The translations under genes were made by a program, and so were the position numbers. This document shows, one piece after another, positions 39,828 through 48,877 of a stretch of DNA of 64,000 nucleotides. The stretch spans positions 2,272,001-2,336,000 of the forward strand of contig OY760183.1 of assembly GCA_963663275.1 (NCBI GenBank), in the 5' to 3' direction. Position 1 is the stretch's first letter. Each line of letters starts with the position of its first letter. The DNA is from Chloroflexota bacterium (GTDB taxonomy: Bacteria > Chloroflexota > UBA11872 > VXOZ01). The notes beneath the pieces were generated by a model, which ran no database searches, had not been told where the DNA came from, and was given only the letters and a program-made list of their open reading frames with translations.

Positions 39828-41099
39828 CTAAGTGGTAGCCGGCCGCTGCGCACCGGATGTGCCGGCCGGCGTTACGGCAGCGCCGCGCACGCCCTTCATG
39901 CGGGCCACCCATTGCTCAGGCGCGTTGATTTCTTCCAGCGTCGGCATGGCGTGCTCGGATTCCCACACGCGATTGAGGAAGGGCATGTCCTCCTCAGCCA
40001 CCACGTGGCGCACGAAGCGCTCTCCCAGTCGGTATTGCGCCAGTTTGAGGTCGAAGCCGAGCAAGCGCATCAAAGCCCGTTCCAGTGAACCGCGTTTGCG
40101 CTCTTCCAAACGCTGGCGCATGTCGGGAAAGCCCGGTATCAGTTGCTCGCCGAGCGCATCCATGACGTAGTTGCCGTAGCCTTCCACCAGACTCATCACG
40201 CCCTGCACGCGCACCAGCGTGTCCCGCTGTTCCGGCGTGGTGAGCAGGTCCATCAGACCGCCCAAGCCCTCGCCTCCGCCGGTGTCGTCGGCTCCGGGCA
40301 GCAGCATCGCGCGCAATGGGTGCGGCGAATCGCGCAAGAGCACGCGAAAACTCTCCACGTAGGACTCGATGAGGCTCCCTAGGTATTCCGCCAGCCACGG
40401 CGCTACCTGGAATTGGATCGCGTGGGTGGTCTCGTGGAGCGCGATCCACAGTCGGAAAGCGTCCGGCGGGATTTCGAGGCGTTGCTGCAAGCGGCGGATG
40501 TTGGGCTCCACGAAATAGATGCGGCTATCCTGCGCGCTCAGATCGCCCTGCGCGGAGGACAACTGCGTTGCGGACGGCGGCGGCGCCAGGAAGGGCATGT
40601 CGAACTGGCCCAACACGTGCCGCGACAGAAAGCCCAGCACGATGCCCATCTGCCCGGAGAGCGTCAGTTGCATGCCGCCGTGGGCCAGCCGGAACAGGGT
40701 GCCGCTTTGCGCGCCAACGGTGTCGAGATAGACCTCTTCCAGGGGCAGCAGCAGGCGTTGGACGACTGCGAGATTGCGTTGCACCCAGAGAGGGCGGTCC
40801 AGCACCTCGACGACGTGGCGGTCTGAGGCCGCGGCGATTTGCAAGAACGGGACAATCCGCTCGTGACTCAAGCCCACCAGCGCCTGGTACTCATCCAGGA
40901 GGGCTGCCCGCGCCGGCGCCGGCAGCACGCCGTCGGGGTTGCGCGCGGCCAGGCGCAGCGCAATCCTCTCGGTTCGCTGCCAATCGATGATGTCCGGCTG
41001 CACCCGCGCGGCGATGCGGCGGGCGAGAATGTATCCCCCGCTGAGCAAGAGGCCGATGGCGCCGCCGAGGAGGACGGCTTTGCGCTGTCCGGGCGTCAT
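39828..41099 (-). CDS. Zincin-like metalloprotease (DUF2342 type) with N-terminal TM anchor
   Basis: LWIALHETTHAIQF (HExxH), MSLVEGY, KLAQYRLGERF, PTLEEI..P..W. Confidence 0.85.
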   Translation of the reverse strand: MTPGQRKAVLLGGAIGLLLSGGYILARRIAARVQPDIIDWQRTERIALRLAARNPDGVLPAPARAALLDEYQALVGLSHERIVPFLQIAAASDRHVVEVLDRPLWVQRNLAVVQRLLLPLEEVYLDTVGAQSGTLFRLAHGGMQLTLSGQMGIVLGFLSRHVLGQFDMPFLAPPPSATQLSSAQGDLSAQDSRIYFVEPNIRRLQQRLEIPPDAFRLWIALHETTHAIQFQVAPWLAEYLGSLIESYVESFRVLLRDSPHPLRAMLLPGADDTGGGEGLGGLMDLLTTPEQRDTLVRVQGVMSLVEGYGNYVMDALGEQLIPGFPDMRQRLEERKRGSLERALMRLLGFDLKLAQYRLGERFVRHVVAEEDMPFLNRVWESEHAMPTLEEINAPEQWVARMKGVRGAAVTPAGTSGAQRPATT

Positions 41100-41320
41100 G
41101 GGACGACCGCGGGCGGCGCGGCGGTTTGCGGCCGATGGAAGTGTCTATCGTGTGTCACGTCGGAACCTCTGTGTCTTGCAAGTCGCCAAGACTATCATAC
41201 CCGCGTGGGGCGCGGGTATGATCTTCTCTCTGTAACCGCTTACCCGCCCTCTCGCTCTTCGTGGCGGGAAGGCAGGATGCGGCGGAACATATCACGCACT
41301 GTGCCGGTCATGATTGCGGT

Positions 41321-41590
41321 TCACGTGGGCGCGGCTACGGTCTCCTTGCCGGTGGCGGCCTTCACCCGCTCGGCCAACTCGCCGTCCGTGCCGGCCTCAA
41401 CCGCGATTTGCGTGAAGGCCTCCGCGCTCAGGCCGAGATCGCGCAGCACCTGCTGGTCCATGGGGCACGGATAGATGTATTCGCCGATGTAGCCGTCGTG
41501 TTCGGCGCGGGCCTTGTCGGCCATGCGGCCAATCCACTCCAGCCCGTCAATGACAACCTCGCGTCCGCGCGGTTTCCATTCCTCTGCCAT
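41321..41590 (-). CDS. DUF5069-like small protein
   Basis: PR...RMADKARA...IGEYIYPCPMDQQVL; AAGGAG SD before ATG 41590. Confidence 0.75.
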   Translation of the reverse strand: MAEEWKPRGREVVIDGLEWIGRMADKARAEHDGYIGEYIYPCPMDQQVLRDLGLSAEAFTQIAVEAGTDGELAERVKAATGKETVAAPT

Positions 41591-41604
41591 CGTTCGCTCC
41601 TTCT

Positions 41605-42678
41605 TTACATTGCGGCGGTCAACGACGCGCGCCCAAACACCGCGGCGATCAGCGAGCGTACCCGCTCTGCCGGTGACCCGCAAGCCAACGGGAAGAGCGC
41701 CAGCGCCAACGCCTGATCCAGCTTCCGCCGCATCGGTGCGCGGCGGCGCTCCGGCGGCCCAGTCTGACCCTGGAGCATCAGCCGCAGCGCCTGACTCCAC
41801 AGCAACAGGTGCTGCATGTCCAGGTGCGCGCTTTCGATGTATCCGTTCTCACCGTACCACTGCGGTTTGGCATGGGTCAAGAGTGATTGGGGCGCCTGGG
41901 CCGGGTCGGAGAGACTGGCCGCGGCGGCGTATTGGGCCAAGCGCGCTTCCGGCCAGTCGAGACCGACGACGGCAAAGTCTACGAACCAGACGGCGCTGCC
42001 GTCGGTCAGCACGTTGCGCGGCGTGCAATCGCGGCCGCCAAATGTCAGGCGGCCGGCGGTGAGCGCCTGCGCAAGTTCCGCCCAGGCGTCATGCAGCGCA
42101 GGCTCCCATCCGGACGGCGGCGTTACACCGCAGAACGCGGCCAGTTGCGCAAACGTCTCCGGGGCTTGCCGGCAGCGGGCGCGCGCTTCCGCTTCGCGGC
42201 GGCGGCGTTCGTCCGTTTGTTGCTGCCGCGGCAGGCGGGCGGCAAGGCCTTGAAAGGCCGTTTCCAGAGCGGTTGAACCCTTGATCAGCGCGTGCGCCAC
42301 GCTGGGCAGACCGTTTTGCCGCCCGGTTGGCGATGGTGGTGCCGCCTGGATTTCCGCCGCGAGGGTGCGCTTGCCCACCCAAGCCGTCACCAAGGTGCGC
42401 TGGCAGGGATCCCAGTGAAGCGGCTCGGGCACCGGCGCGCCGAGCCGGTAGAGCATCCGCAGCACGCCAAACTCCACCTCTCCCGCGCCGGCGTGGGCGT
42501 GGCGCTTGACCGCCGCCTGCTCGCCGGATGCCAGCACCGCCCGCCACACCGCCGCACCCTGCGCGCCCCCTCCGGCTACCGGCCGCAGCGAGCGCACCGG
42601 GCCGAGCGTGGCAGCGACGTATTGCCGCAGCGCCTGAGTCTCTTCTTTGTTCTTCGAATCGTTCACCGTGCGTCTCAT
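41605..42678 (-). CDS. Protein-kinase-like (APH family) phosphotransferase
   Basis: Gly-rich loop, AVK, E..VL...GAPVPE, catalytic-loop-like GRDCTPRNV, VDF. Confidence 0.7.
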   Translation of the reverse strand: MRRTVNDSKNKEETQALRQYVAATLGPVRSLRPVAGGGAQGAAVWRAVLASGEQAAVKRHAHAGAGEVEFGVLRMLYRLGAPVPEPLHWDPCQRTLVTAWVGKRTLAAEIQAAPPSPTGRQNGLPSVAHALIKGSTALETAFQGLAARLPRQQQTDERRRREAEARARCRQAPETFAQLAAFCGVTPPSGWEPALHDAWAELAQALTAGRLTFGGRDCTPRNVLTDGSAVWFVDFAVVGLDWPEARLAQYAAAASLSDPAQAPQSLLTHAKPQWYGENGYIESAHLDMQHLLLWSQALRLMLQGQTGPPERRRAPMRRKLDQALALALFPLACGSPAERVRSLIAAVFGRASLTAAM

Positions 42679-42876
42679 TCTTCACTCTGCCGCAGCGCTC
42701 AGGCTCCCGCGCCTGGGGTAGATTGTGCGGCAGGCGCATTTCGATCACCGACCGGATAGGCAGGATAAGCCGCTGTCTACCCATGCCCCTTTTGTGGGCG
42801 CATGGGCGCTATGGTATCATCACAGGGATGAACGCGGCGGCAGAAGTAAGCACGAATCAAGTGTAGGCGGCACGGC

Positions 42877-44346
42877 ATGGAGATGCGTGAACTCATCGAA
42901 CGTTTGCAGTCGATTGTCGGCCCGGAGCAGGTGGTGTACCGGCCGGAAGACCTCATCGTCTTCGAACGCGACGCTTCCATCGACGCCCAACTGCCTGCCG
43001 CCGTCGTCCTGCCGCGCACCACGGCGGAAGTTAGCGAGATACTGGCGGCAGCGAGCGAATCCAAGACGCCGGTGGTGCCTAAGGGAGCAGGCACCGGCTT
43101 GTCCGGCGGCGCGGTGCCGGAAGAGAACGGCATTCTGCTCTCCCTGAGCCGCATGAGAGACATTCTGGAGATCGACGAGCATAATCGCACGGCCTTAGTG
43201 GAGCCGGGCGTCGTAAACCTGGAACTATCCAGTGAAGTAAAGCACCTTGGCCTGTACTACGCCCCCGATCCATCGAGCCAATATGCGTGCACGCTGGGCG
43301 GCAACGTTGCGGAAAACTCCGGCGGTGCTCATTGTCTGCGCTATGGCTGTACCATCAATCATGTATTGGGGCTGGAGGTTGTCTTTCCCGGCGGCGACGT
43401 AGCTTGGATTGGTGGCAAAGCGCCGGACGCGCCGGGCTACGACCTGATGAGCGCGATCATCGGCTCCGAGGGCACGATGGGCGTGGTGACCAAGATTCTG
43501 GTCAAGCTCCTGCCGCTGCCGGAAGCGGTCGAGACCTATCTCGCCATCTTCGATAGCGTGCCCGACGCGTGCCGCGCGGTTTCATCGATCATTGGCAACG
43601 GCATCATCCCGGCGGCCTTGGAAATCATGGACCAGGTGGTAACCAGAGCCATAGAAGAGGCCTACCACATCGGCTATCCCGCCGATGCCGGCGGTGTGCT
43701 CATCATCGAGATCGACGGCATGCAGGAAGAGCTTGACGAGCAACGGGATTCCATACTGAATCTATGCCGGGAATCCGGGGCGCTTGAAATCAAAGTGGCG
43801 CAGACGGACGCCGAGCGGGAAACCGTCTGGAGAGGCCGGAAGGGCGCGATTGGCGCGCTGGGGCGGCTGGCGTCGAGTTATTACATCCAGGATTGCGTCG
43901 TGCCGCGCACGAAACTGCCGGAAATCATGCGGTTCGTGGAAGACGTGGCGGAACGCTACGACATCATCATTGCCAACGTCTTCCATGCCGGAGACGGCAA
44001 CCTGCATCCCAATCTGCTCTTCGACGTGCGCGACGGCGACCAGGTGCAGCGCGTCATCGCGGCGGGAGAAGAGATCATCCGCGCGTGCATCGACGCCGGC
44101 GGTTCCCTCTCCGGTGAGCACGGCATCGGCACGGAAAAGCAAGAGTACATGTCGTGGCTCTTCAGCGAAGACGACTTGGAAGCGATGCGCAAGCTGAAGC
44201 GCGCCTTCGATCCCGACTGGCTCTTCAATCCCACCAAGGTTTTCCCCACCGGGGAAGGCCCCCACGCCGCCAAGATTCATATTGGCAAGGCCCCGGCGGT
44301 TTCGCCCAAGACGCCTCACGCCACCCCGGCCGCGGTCTGGAAGTAG
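42877..44346 (+). CDS. glcD: Glycolate/D-lactate oxidase FAD subunit
   Basis: GAGTGLSGG, PDPSS, GGNVAENSGG, GSEGTMG, FHAGDGNLHP, SGEHGIG. Confidence 0.92.
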   Translation: MEMRELIERLQSIVGPEQVVYRPEDLIVFERDASIDAQLPAAVVLPRTTAEVSEILAAASESKTPVVPKGAGTGLSGGAVPEENGILLSLSRMRDILEIDEHNRTALVEPGVVNLELSSEVKHLGLYYAPDPSSQYACTLGGNVAENSGGAHCLRYGCTINHVLGLEVVFPGGDVAWIGGKAPDAPGYDLMSAIIGSEGTMGVVTKILVKLLPLPEAVETYLAIFDSVPDACRAVSSIIGNGIIPAALEIMDQVVTRAIEEAYHIGYPADAGGVLIIEIDGMQEELDEQRDSILNLCRESGALEIKVAQTDAERETVWRGRKGAIGALGRLASSYYIQDCVVPRTKLPEIMRFVEDVAERYDIIIANVFHAGDGNLHPNLLFDVRDGDQVQRVIAAGEEIIRACIDAGGSLSGEHGIGTEKQEYMSWLFSEDDLEAMRKLKRAFDPDWLFNPTKVFPTGEGPHAAKIHIGKAPAVSPKTPHATPAAVWK

Positions 44347-44360
44347 GACGCAGATACGCC

Positions 44361-45713
44361 TTGCTGACTGAGACCATCCACACCCACCTCGCGCGGGTCG
44401 TCTCTGACGAGGCGCTAACGGACGATACGCCTCCAATCGACGGCATCCGGCCCGGGCTGGCGGTAACGCCGGGTTCGGTGGAGGAGTTGGCTGCCGTGGT
44501 TGCGGAATTGGCGGCGGCCGGCGCGCCCACGGTCGTCATCGGCGGCGGCACCATGCTCGACCTCGGCACACCGCCTTCCGCCGCTGAAGTGGCGCTCCGC
44601 ACGAGCGGCCTCGATGCGATCACGGAGTACCAGCCCGCGGACCTCATCGTGACGGCCGAGGCGGGAGTGACGGTAGCAACCCTACAACAGACGCTCCGCG
44701 AGCACGGCCAGACGCTGCCGCTGGAGACGCCCCGCCCGCACGAGGCAACCCTGGGCGGCGCGCTGGCGGCGAATGCGCACGGCCCGCTGCGCTTTGTATT
44801 TGGTACGGGCAAGGACCTGGTGATGGGCATGCGGTTCATCCAGGGCGACGGCACGCTGGTCAAGAGCGGCGGCGAGGTCGTTAAGAACGTAGCGGGCTTC
44901 GGGTTGCACAAACTTCACGTGGGCGCTCTGGGCACATTGGGCGTGATAGCCGCGGTGACGTTCAAAGTCTTTCCACTCCCCAAAGCCGACGAAACGGTGA
45001 CGTTCGCCTTTGCCGACGCCAAGGCCGCCTTCGACACGGCCTTTGCCCTGCGCGAGCAGTTGCCCGCGGCCGCCGTGGTCCTGAATGAAACGGCGCAAGG
45101 GCGCGTGCTGGGTGAGACGCGGGGAGCGCACGTGCTGGCGGCCCGCTTCATGGGCGCTCAACGCGCCGTCGAGCGGCAAGTGCGCGAAGCGTCGAAAGCG
45201 GGAACCGCGGCCGGCGCAATCGCGGTGGATACGACGCCAACCGCGGACGGCCCGGCGCTGTGGCAAGAGAGCGTGGACATGGGTTGGGAGGCCGCCGCGC
45301 CGCCGGCGTTGATCAAGGCGAGCGCCGTGCCTTCGGAACTGCGCCACGTCTACGATGCCTTCGATCAAACCGCCGTCTCCGAAGAAGGCGCGGCCGGTAT
45401 TGTGGCCGATGCGCTCGACGGATCGCTCCGGTGCGCCGTCTTGCCGCCCTTAGAACAGGAGAGCGCGCGGGACGCGGGGCAGTCCGCCGGGCAGCCATCA
45501 TTGGCGCAACTGCTGCGCCTGCTCGTGCACGCTCGCACGGCCAGCCAGGAGCACGGCGGCCATCTGGTGCTGCAGCGCGGTTCGCCGGCGCTCAAGGCCG
45601 CCTTTGACGTTTGGGGGCCGCAGCCGCAGGGATTGGCCGTGATGCGCGCCCTCAAAGAGACCTACGATTCCAGCCACATACTCAACCCCGGCCGCTTCGT
45701 GGGCGGCATCTAA
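44361..45713 (+). CDS. glcE: Glycolate oxidase FAD-binding subunit GlcE
   Basis: EYQPADL, ATLGG, GGEVVKNVAGF, GTLGVI, LNPGRF; located between glcD and glcF. Confidence 0.88.
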   Translation: MLTETIHTHLARVVSDEALTDDTPPIDGIRPGLAVTPGSVEELAAVVAELAAAGAPTVVIGGGTMLDLGTPPSAAEVALRTSGLDAITEYQPADLIVTAEAGVTVATLQQTLREHGQTLPLETPRPHEATLGGALAANAHGPLRFVFGTGKDLVMGMRFIQGDGTLVKSGGEVVKNVAGFGLHKLHVGALGTLGVIAAVTFKVFPLPKADETVTFAFADAKAAFDTAFALREQLPAAAVVLNETAQGRVLGETRGAHVLAARFMGAQRAVERQVREASKAGTAAGAIAVDTTPTADGPALWQESVDMGWEAAAPPALIKASAVPSELRHVYDAFDQTAVSEEGAAGIVADALDGSLRCAVLPPLEQESARDAGQSAGQPSLAQLLRLLVHARTASQEHGGHLVLQRGSPALKAAFDVWGPQPQGLAVMRALKETYDSSHILNPGRFVGGI

Positions 45714-45740
45714 GGGCAGATTGTAGCGAGCAAAGCCAGC

Positions 45741-47120
45741 GTGAATACCGACGTGGACCAGCCCGGGCTGGTCATTCCCAAGGACGATAACGGGCGCGTA
45801 CGCTTCGAGGGTCTGACCGATGACGACCTGGCGCAGTGCGTGCATTGCGGCCTCTGCCTCAACGCCTGTCCGACGTACCGCGAGACCGGCCTGGAGATGG
45901 AGAGCCCGCGCGGCCGCATCTATCTGGTAAAGGCGGCCAAGGAAGAGCGCATTCCGATCAATGATACGTTTTTGCAGCACATCTTCCTCTGCCTGGACTG
46001 CCGGGCGTGCGAGACCGCCTGCCCGTCCGGCGTGCAGTACGGCAAGATCATCGAGGCGGCGCGGGGCGAGGCGATCACGGCGCAGCCCGGAGGCGCGATG
46101 CCGCGCTTCCTGCGTTGGCTCGTCTTCAAGCAACTCTTCCCGTATCCGAGAAGGCTCGGTCTGGCAGCCGGATTGCTCCGCTTCTACCAGAACTCCGGAT
46201 TGCAGGCGTTTGTGCGCCGCCGGGGAATCTTGAGATTCTTTGGTGAGTTTGGCAAGACCGAGGCCTTCCTGCCGCGGCTCTCGCCCGCGTTCTATGCCGC
46301 GCCGCCGGCGGAAGTGGTTCCGGCGCGGGGGGAGACGAAACACCGGGTGGGCTTCGTCACCGGCTGCATCATGCCGTATTTCTTCGGCGAGACGAATCGC
46401 GCCACCGTAAACGTGCTCACCCGCAATGGCTGCGAGGTGGTCATTCCCAAGAAACAGCGCTGCTGCGGGGCGCTGGGCGTTCACGCCGGCGCCCGCGAGA
46501 CCGCCAAAGACCTGGCCCGGCGCAACATCGACGTTTTCGAACAACACAACGTGGACGTTATCATCAGCAACGCCGCCGGCTGCGGCACCGCGCTCAAGGA
46601 GTACGACGTCCTTCTGGAGAATGACCCCGCGTATGCGGGACGGGCGCGGGAATTCTCGCACAAGGTGAAGGACATCAGCGAGTACCTGGCCGAAATCGAG
46701 GTGGATACGAATTTTGGGCCGGTGGAGAAGCGCGTCACCTATCAGGACGCTTGCCACCTGGCCCACGGGCAGCGGGTGCGCGAGCAACCCCGCGCCCTAC
46801 TGCAAGCGATTCCGGGGCTTGAGTTTGTGGAAATGAAGAACTCCGATCATTGTTGCGGCAGCGCGGGCGTGTATAACATCGTGCAAGCCGAGATGGCGCA
46901 GCGCGTTGTTGCGCCGAAAGTAGTCAATATCGAGGCGACGGCTGCCGAACACGTCGTGGTGGGCAATCCCGGCTGCATGTTGCAGATGGACAGCGCCCTT
47001 GCCGCGGAGGGTGTCGCCACGCGGTCGCTCCACACGATGGAGTTGCTCGACGAAGCCTACCGCGCGGCCGAGAAGACAGCGCCCACCGAATCTGATTCAG
47101 TCAAGCACGACGGCGCGTGA
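45741..47120 (+). CDS. glcF: Glycolate oxidase Fe-S subunit GlcF
   Basis: CVHCGLCLNACPTY, SPRGRI, CLDCRACETACPSGV, two CCG domains. Confidence 0.92.
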   Translation: MNTDVDQPGLVIPKDDNGRVRFEGLTDDDLAQCVHCGLCLNACPTYRETGLEMESPRGRIYLVKAAKEERIPINDTFLQHIFLCLDCRACETACPSGVQYGKIIEAARGEAITAQPGGAMPRFLRWLVFKQLFPYPRRLGLAAGLLRFYQNSGLQAFVRRRGILRFFGEFGKTEAFLPRLSPAFYAAPPAEVVPARGETKHRVGFVTGCIMPYFFGETNRATVNVLTRNGCEVVIPKKQRCCGALGVHAGARETAKDLARRNIDVFEQHNVDVIISNAAGCGTALKEYDVLLENDPAYAGRAREFSHKVKDISEYLAEIEVDTNFGPVEKRVTYQDACHLAHGQRVREQPRALLQAIPGLEFVEMKNSDHCCGSAGVYNIVQAEMAQRVVAPKVVNIEATAAEHVVVGNPGCMLQMDSALAAEGVATRSLHTMELLDEAYRAAEKTAPTESDSVKHDGA

Positions 47121-47257
47121 GCGCCATTGAAGACAATCAGCGCATGGTTGAAGACGTAGAGCGCATGGGGGAATGAGCCGTCGTCTCGCCTTCGAGGACG
47201 ATTGCGGACGACCGGCAGCCGAACACGAGTCGATTTCTTAGGAAGGAGTCCTGCGTC

Positions 47258-48289
47258 ATGGAAGAATCAGGCGACAATGGCGTGAAAGACCTGACGATCA
47301 TCGGAGGCGGGCCAACCGGGCTATTCGGGCTCTTCTATGCCGGTGTGCGCGGCCTCGACACGCAACTCGTGGAAGCGATGGACGAACTCGGCGGCGCGCT
47401 CTCCGCGCTGTACGGGGAGAAATTCGTTTACGACATGGCCGGTTTTCCGGCCATTTTGGCGAAAGATCTTGTTGCCGTCATGCACGAGCAGGCGGACCAG
47501 TGGCAGTATCCCATCCATCTCTCGCAGAAGATACTCGACTTCGAGGAAGTGGACGGCCACTACGTTCTCCGCGCTCAGAGCGGCGAGGAGTTCAAGAGCA
47601 AGGCAGTGCTCATCGCCAACGGCAACGGCGCGTTCGCGCCGCGCAAACTGAGGATCCCCGGCATCGAGCCGCTGGAGGACAAGCAGATATTCTATACCGT
47701 CAAGAATATGGACTCCTTTCGGGGCAAGCGCGTGTTGGTAATCGGCGGCGGTGATTCGGCCCTGGACTGGGCGCTGGCCCTGGACGAGATCGCGGAGATG
47801 GTGACGCTCATTCACCGTCTGCCGGTGTGGCAGGCGCATGAGGCCACCGTCAAGCTCATCTTCGAGTCGAACGTAGACGTGCACTTTCCCCGCCACGAGG
47901 CAAAGGAGTTGCACGTCAGCGACGGCATACTCACCGGCGCTACGATCATCAACCTCCAGTCGAAAGAGACGTTCGATTTGGAAGTGGACATAATCCTCAT
48001 TTGCATCGGCTTCCTCATGGATACCACGGTCATACGCAAGTGGGGCGTGGACCTGGCGGGCAAGAAGGGCATCCAGGTAGACCCTTCGACGATGGCGACC
48101 AGCCGGCCCGGCGTCTACGCGGCCGGCGACATCGCCGCCTACGAGGGCAAGATCAACCTGATTGCTTGCGGCGCGTCCGAGGCGGCAATGGCAGTGAATC
48201 AGGCAGTGCGGTATATTAACCCCGACGCGCGCTTGGCCCCGGGCCACAGCAGCGACATGGACATCTTTACCAAACGGGACGAAAAGTAG
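47258..48289 (+). CDS. TrxR-fold ferredoxin--NAD(P)+ reductase (YumC type)
   Basis: GGGPTG, LYGEKFVYDMAGFP, GAFAPRK, GGGDSALDWA, AAGDI, PGHSS; no CxxC. Confidence 0.88.
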   Translation: MEESGDNGVKDLTIIGGGPTGLFGLFYAGVRGLDTQLVEAMDELGGALSALYGEKFVYDMAGFPAILAKDLVAVMHEQADQWQYPIHLSQKILDFEEVDGHYVLRAQSGEEFKSKAVLIANGNGAFAPRKLRIPGIEPLEDKQIFYTVKNMDSFRGKRVLVIGGGDSALDWALALDEIAEMVTLIHRLPVWQAHEATVKLIFESNVDVHFPRHEAKELHVSDGILTGATIINLQSKETFDLEVDIILICIGFLMDTTVIRKWGVDLAGKKGIQVDPSTMATSRPGVYAAGDIAAYEGKINLIACGASEAAMAVNQAVRYINPDARLAPGHSSDMDIFTKRDEK

Positions 48290-48328
48290 GCGGAGCCGCC
48301 AGTCCACAGCCGGAGCGGAGGAGCGCCA

Positions 48329-48838
48329 TTGGCCACACAATCGAGAAAAGCGGGAGGCGTCGAAGTCGCGGAAGGCGCAGCCGCCAGGTACGCGGCGCTC
48401 GCCCGTGAAATCGAGGACTGCGCGCGGGAGCCGGGCACGACGCTCGACATGCTCCATGCGGTGCAGCGCCAGTTCGGCTACCTGGAACCCCAGGCGGTGG
48501 GCATGGCCGCGGACGCGCTGGGACTGACCAAGGCGCAACTCTATGGCGTGGCCACGTTTTACACGATGTTCTTCTTCGAGCCGAAACCGCCGGTCATCGC
48601 CCGCGTTTGCGTCAACCTCTCGTGCCACCTGCGCGGCGCGCAGGAGATTCTGCATACGCTGGAAGAAGCGGCGGAGGCGGAGCCCGGCGGGTTCGAAGTG
48701 GAAGAGGTGATGTGCCTCGGTCTGTGCGAGCAGGCCCCGGCGCTGCTGGTCAACGAGAAAGCCGTGGGGCTCGTGTCACCGTCAGAGGCGCTCTCACAGG
48801 TGCAAGCCAGCGTCGCGGCCATCGAGGACACCCGGTAG
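48329..48838 (+). CDS. nuoE: NuoE-like [2Fe-2S] subunit
   Basis: GVATFYTMF, CVNLSC...CLGLCEQAP. Confidence 0.9.
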   Translation: MATQSRKAGGVEVAEGAAARYAALAREIEDCAREPGTTLDMLHAVQRQFGYLEPQAVGMAADALGLTKAQLYGVATFYTMFFFEPKPPVIARVCVNLSCHLRGAQEILHTLEEAAEAEPGGFEVEEVMCLGLCEQAPALLVNEKAVGLVSPSEALSQVQASVAAIEDTR

Positions 48839-48877
48839 GGCGCATTCATAGCCCGGCCACCGCGAGGAGCGAACGGC

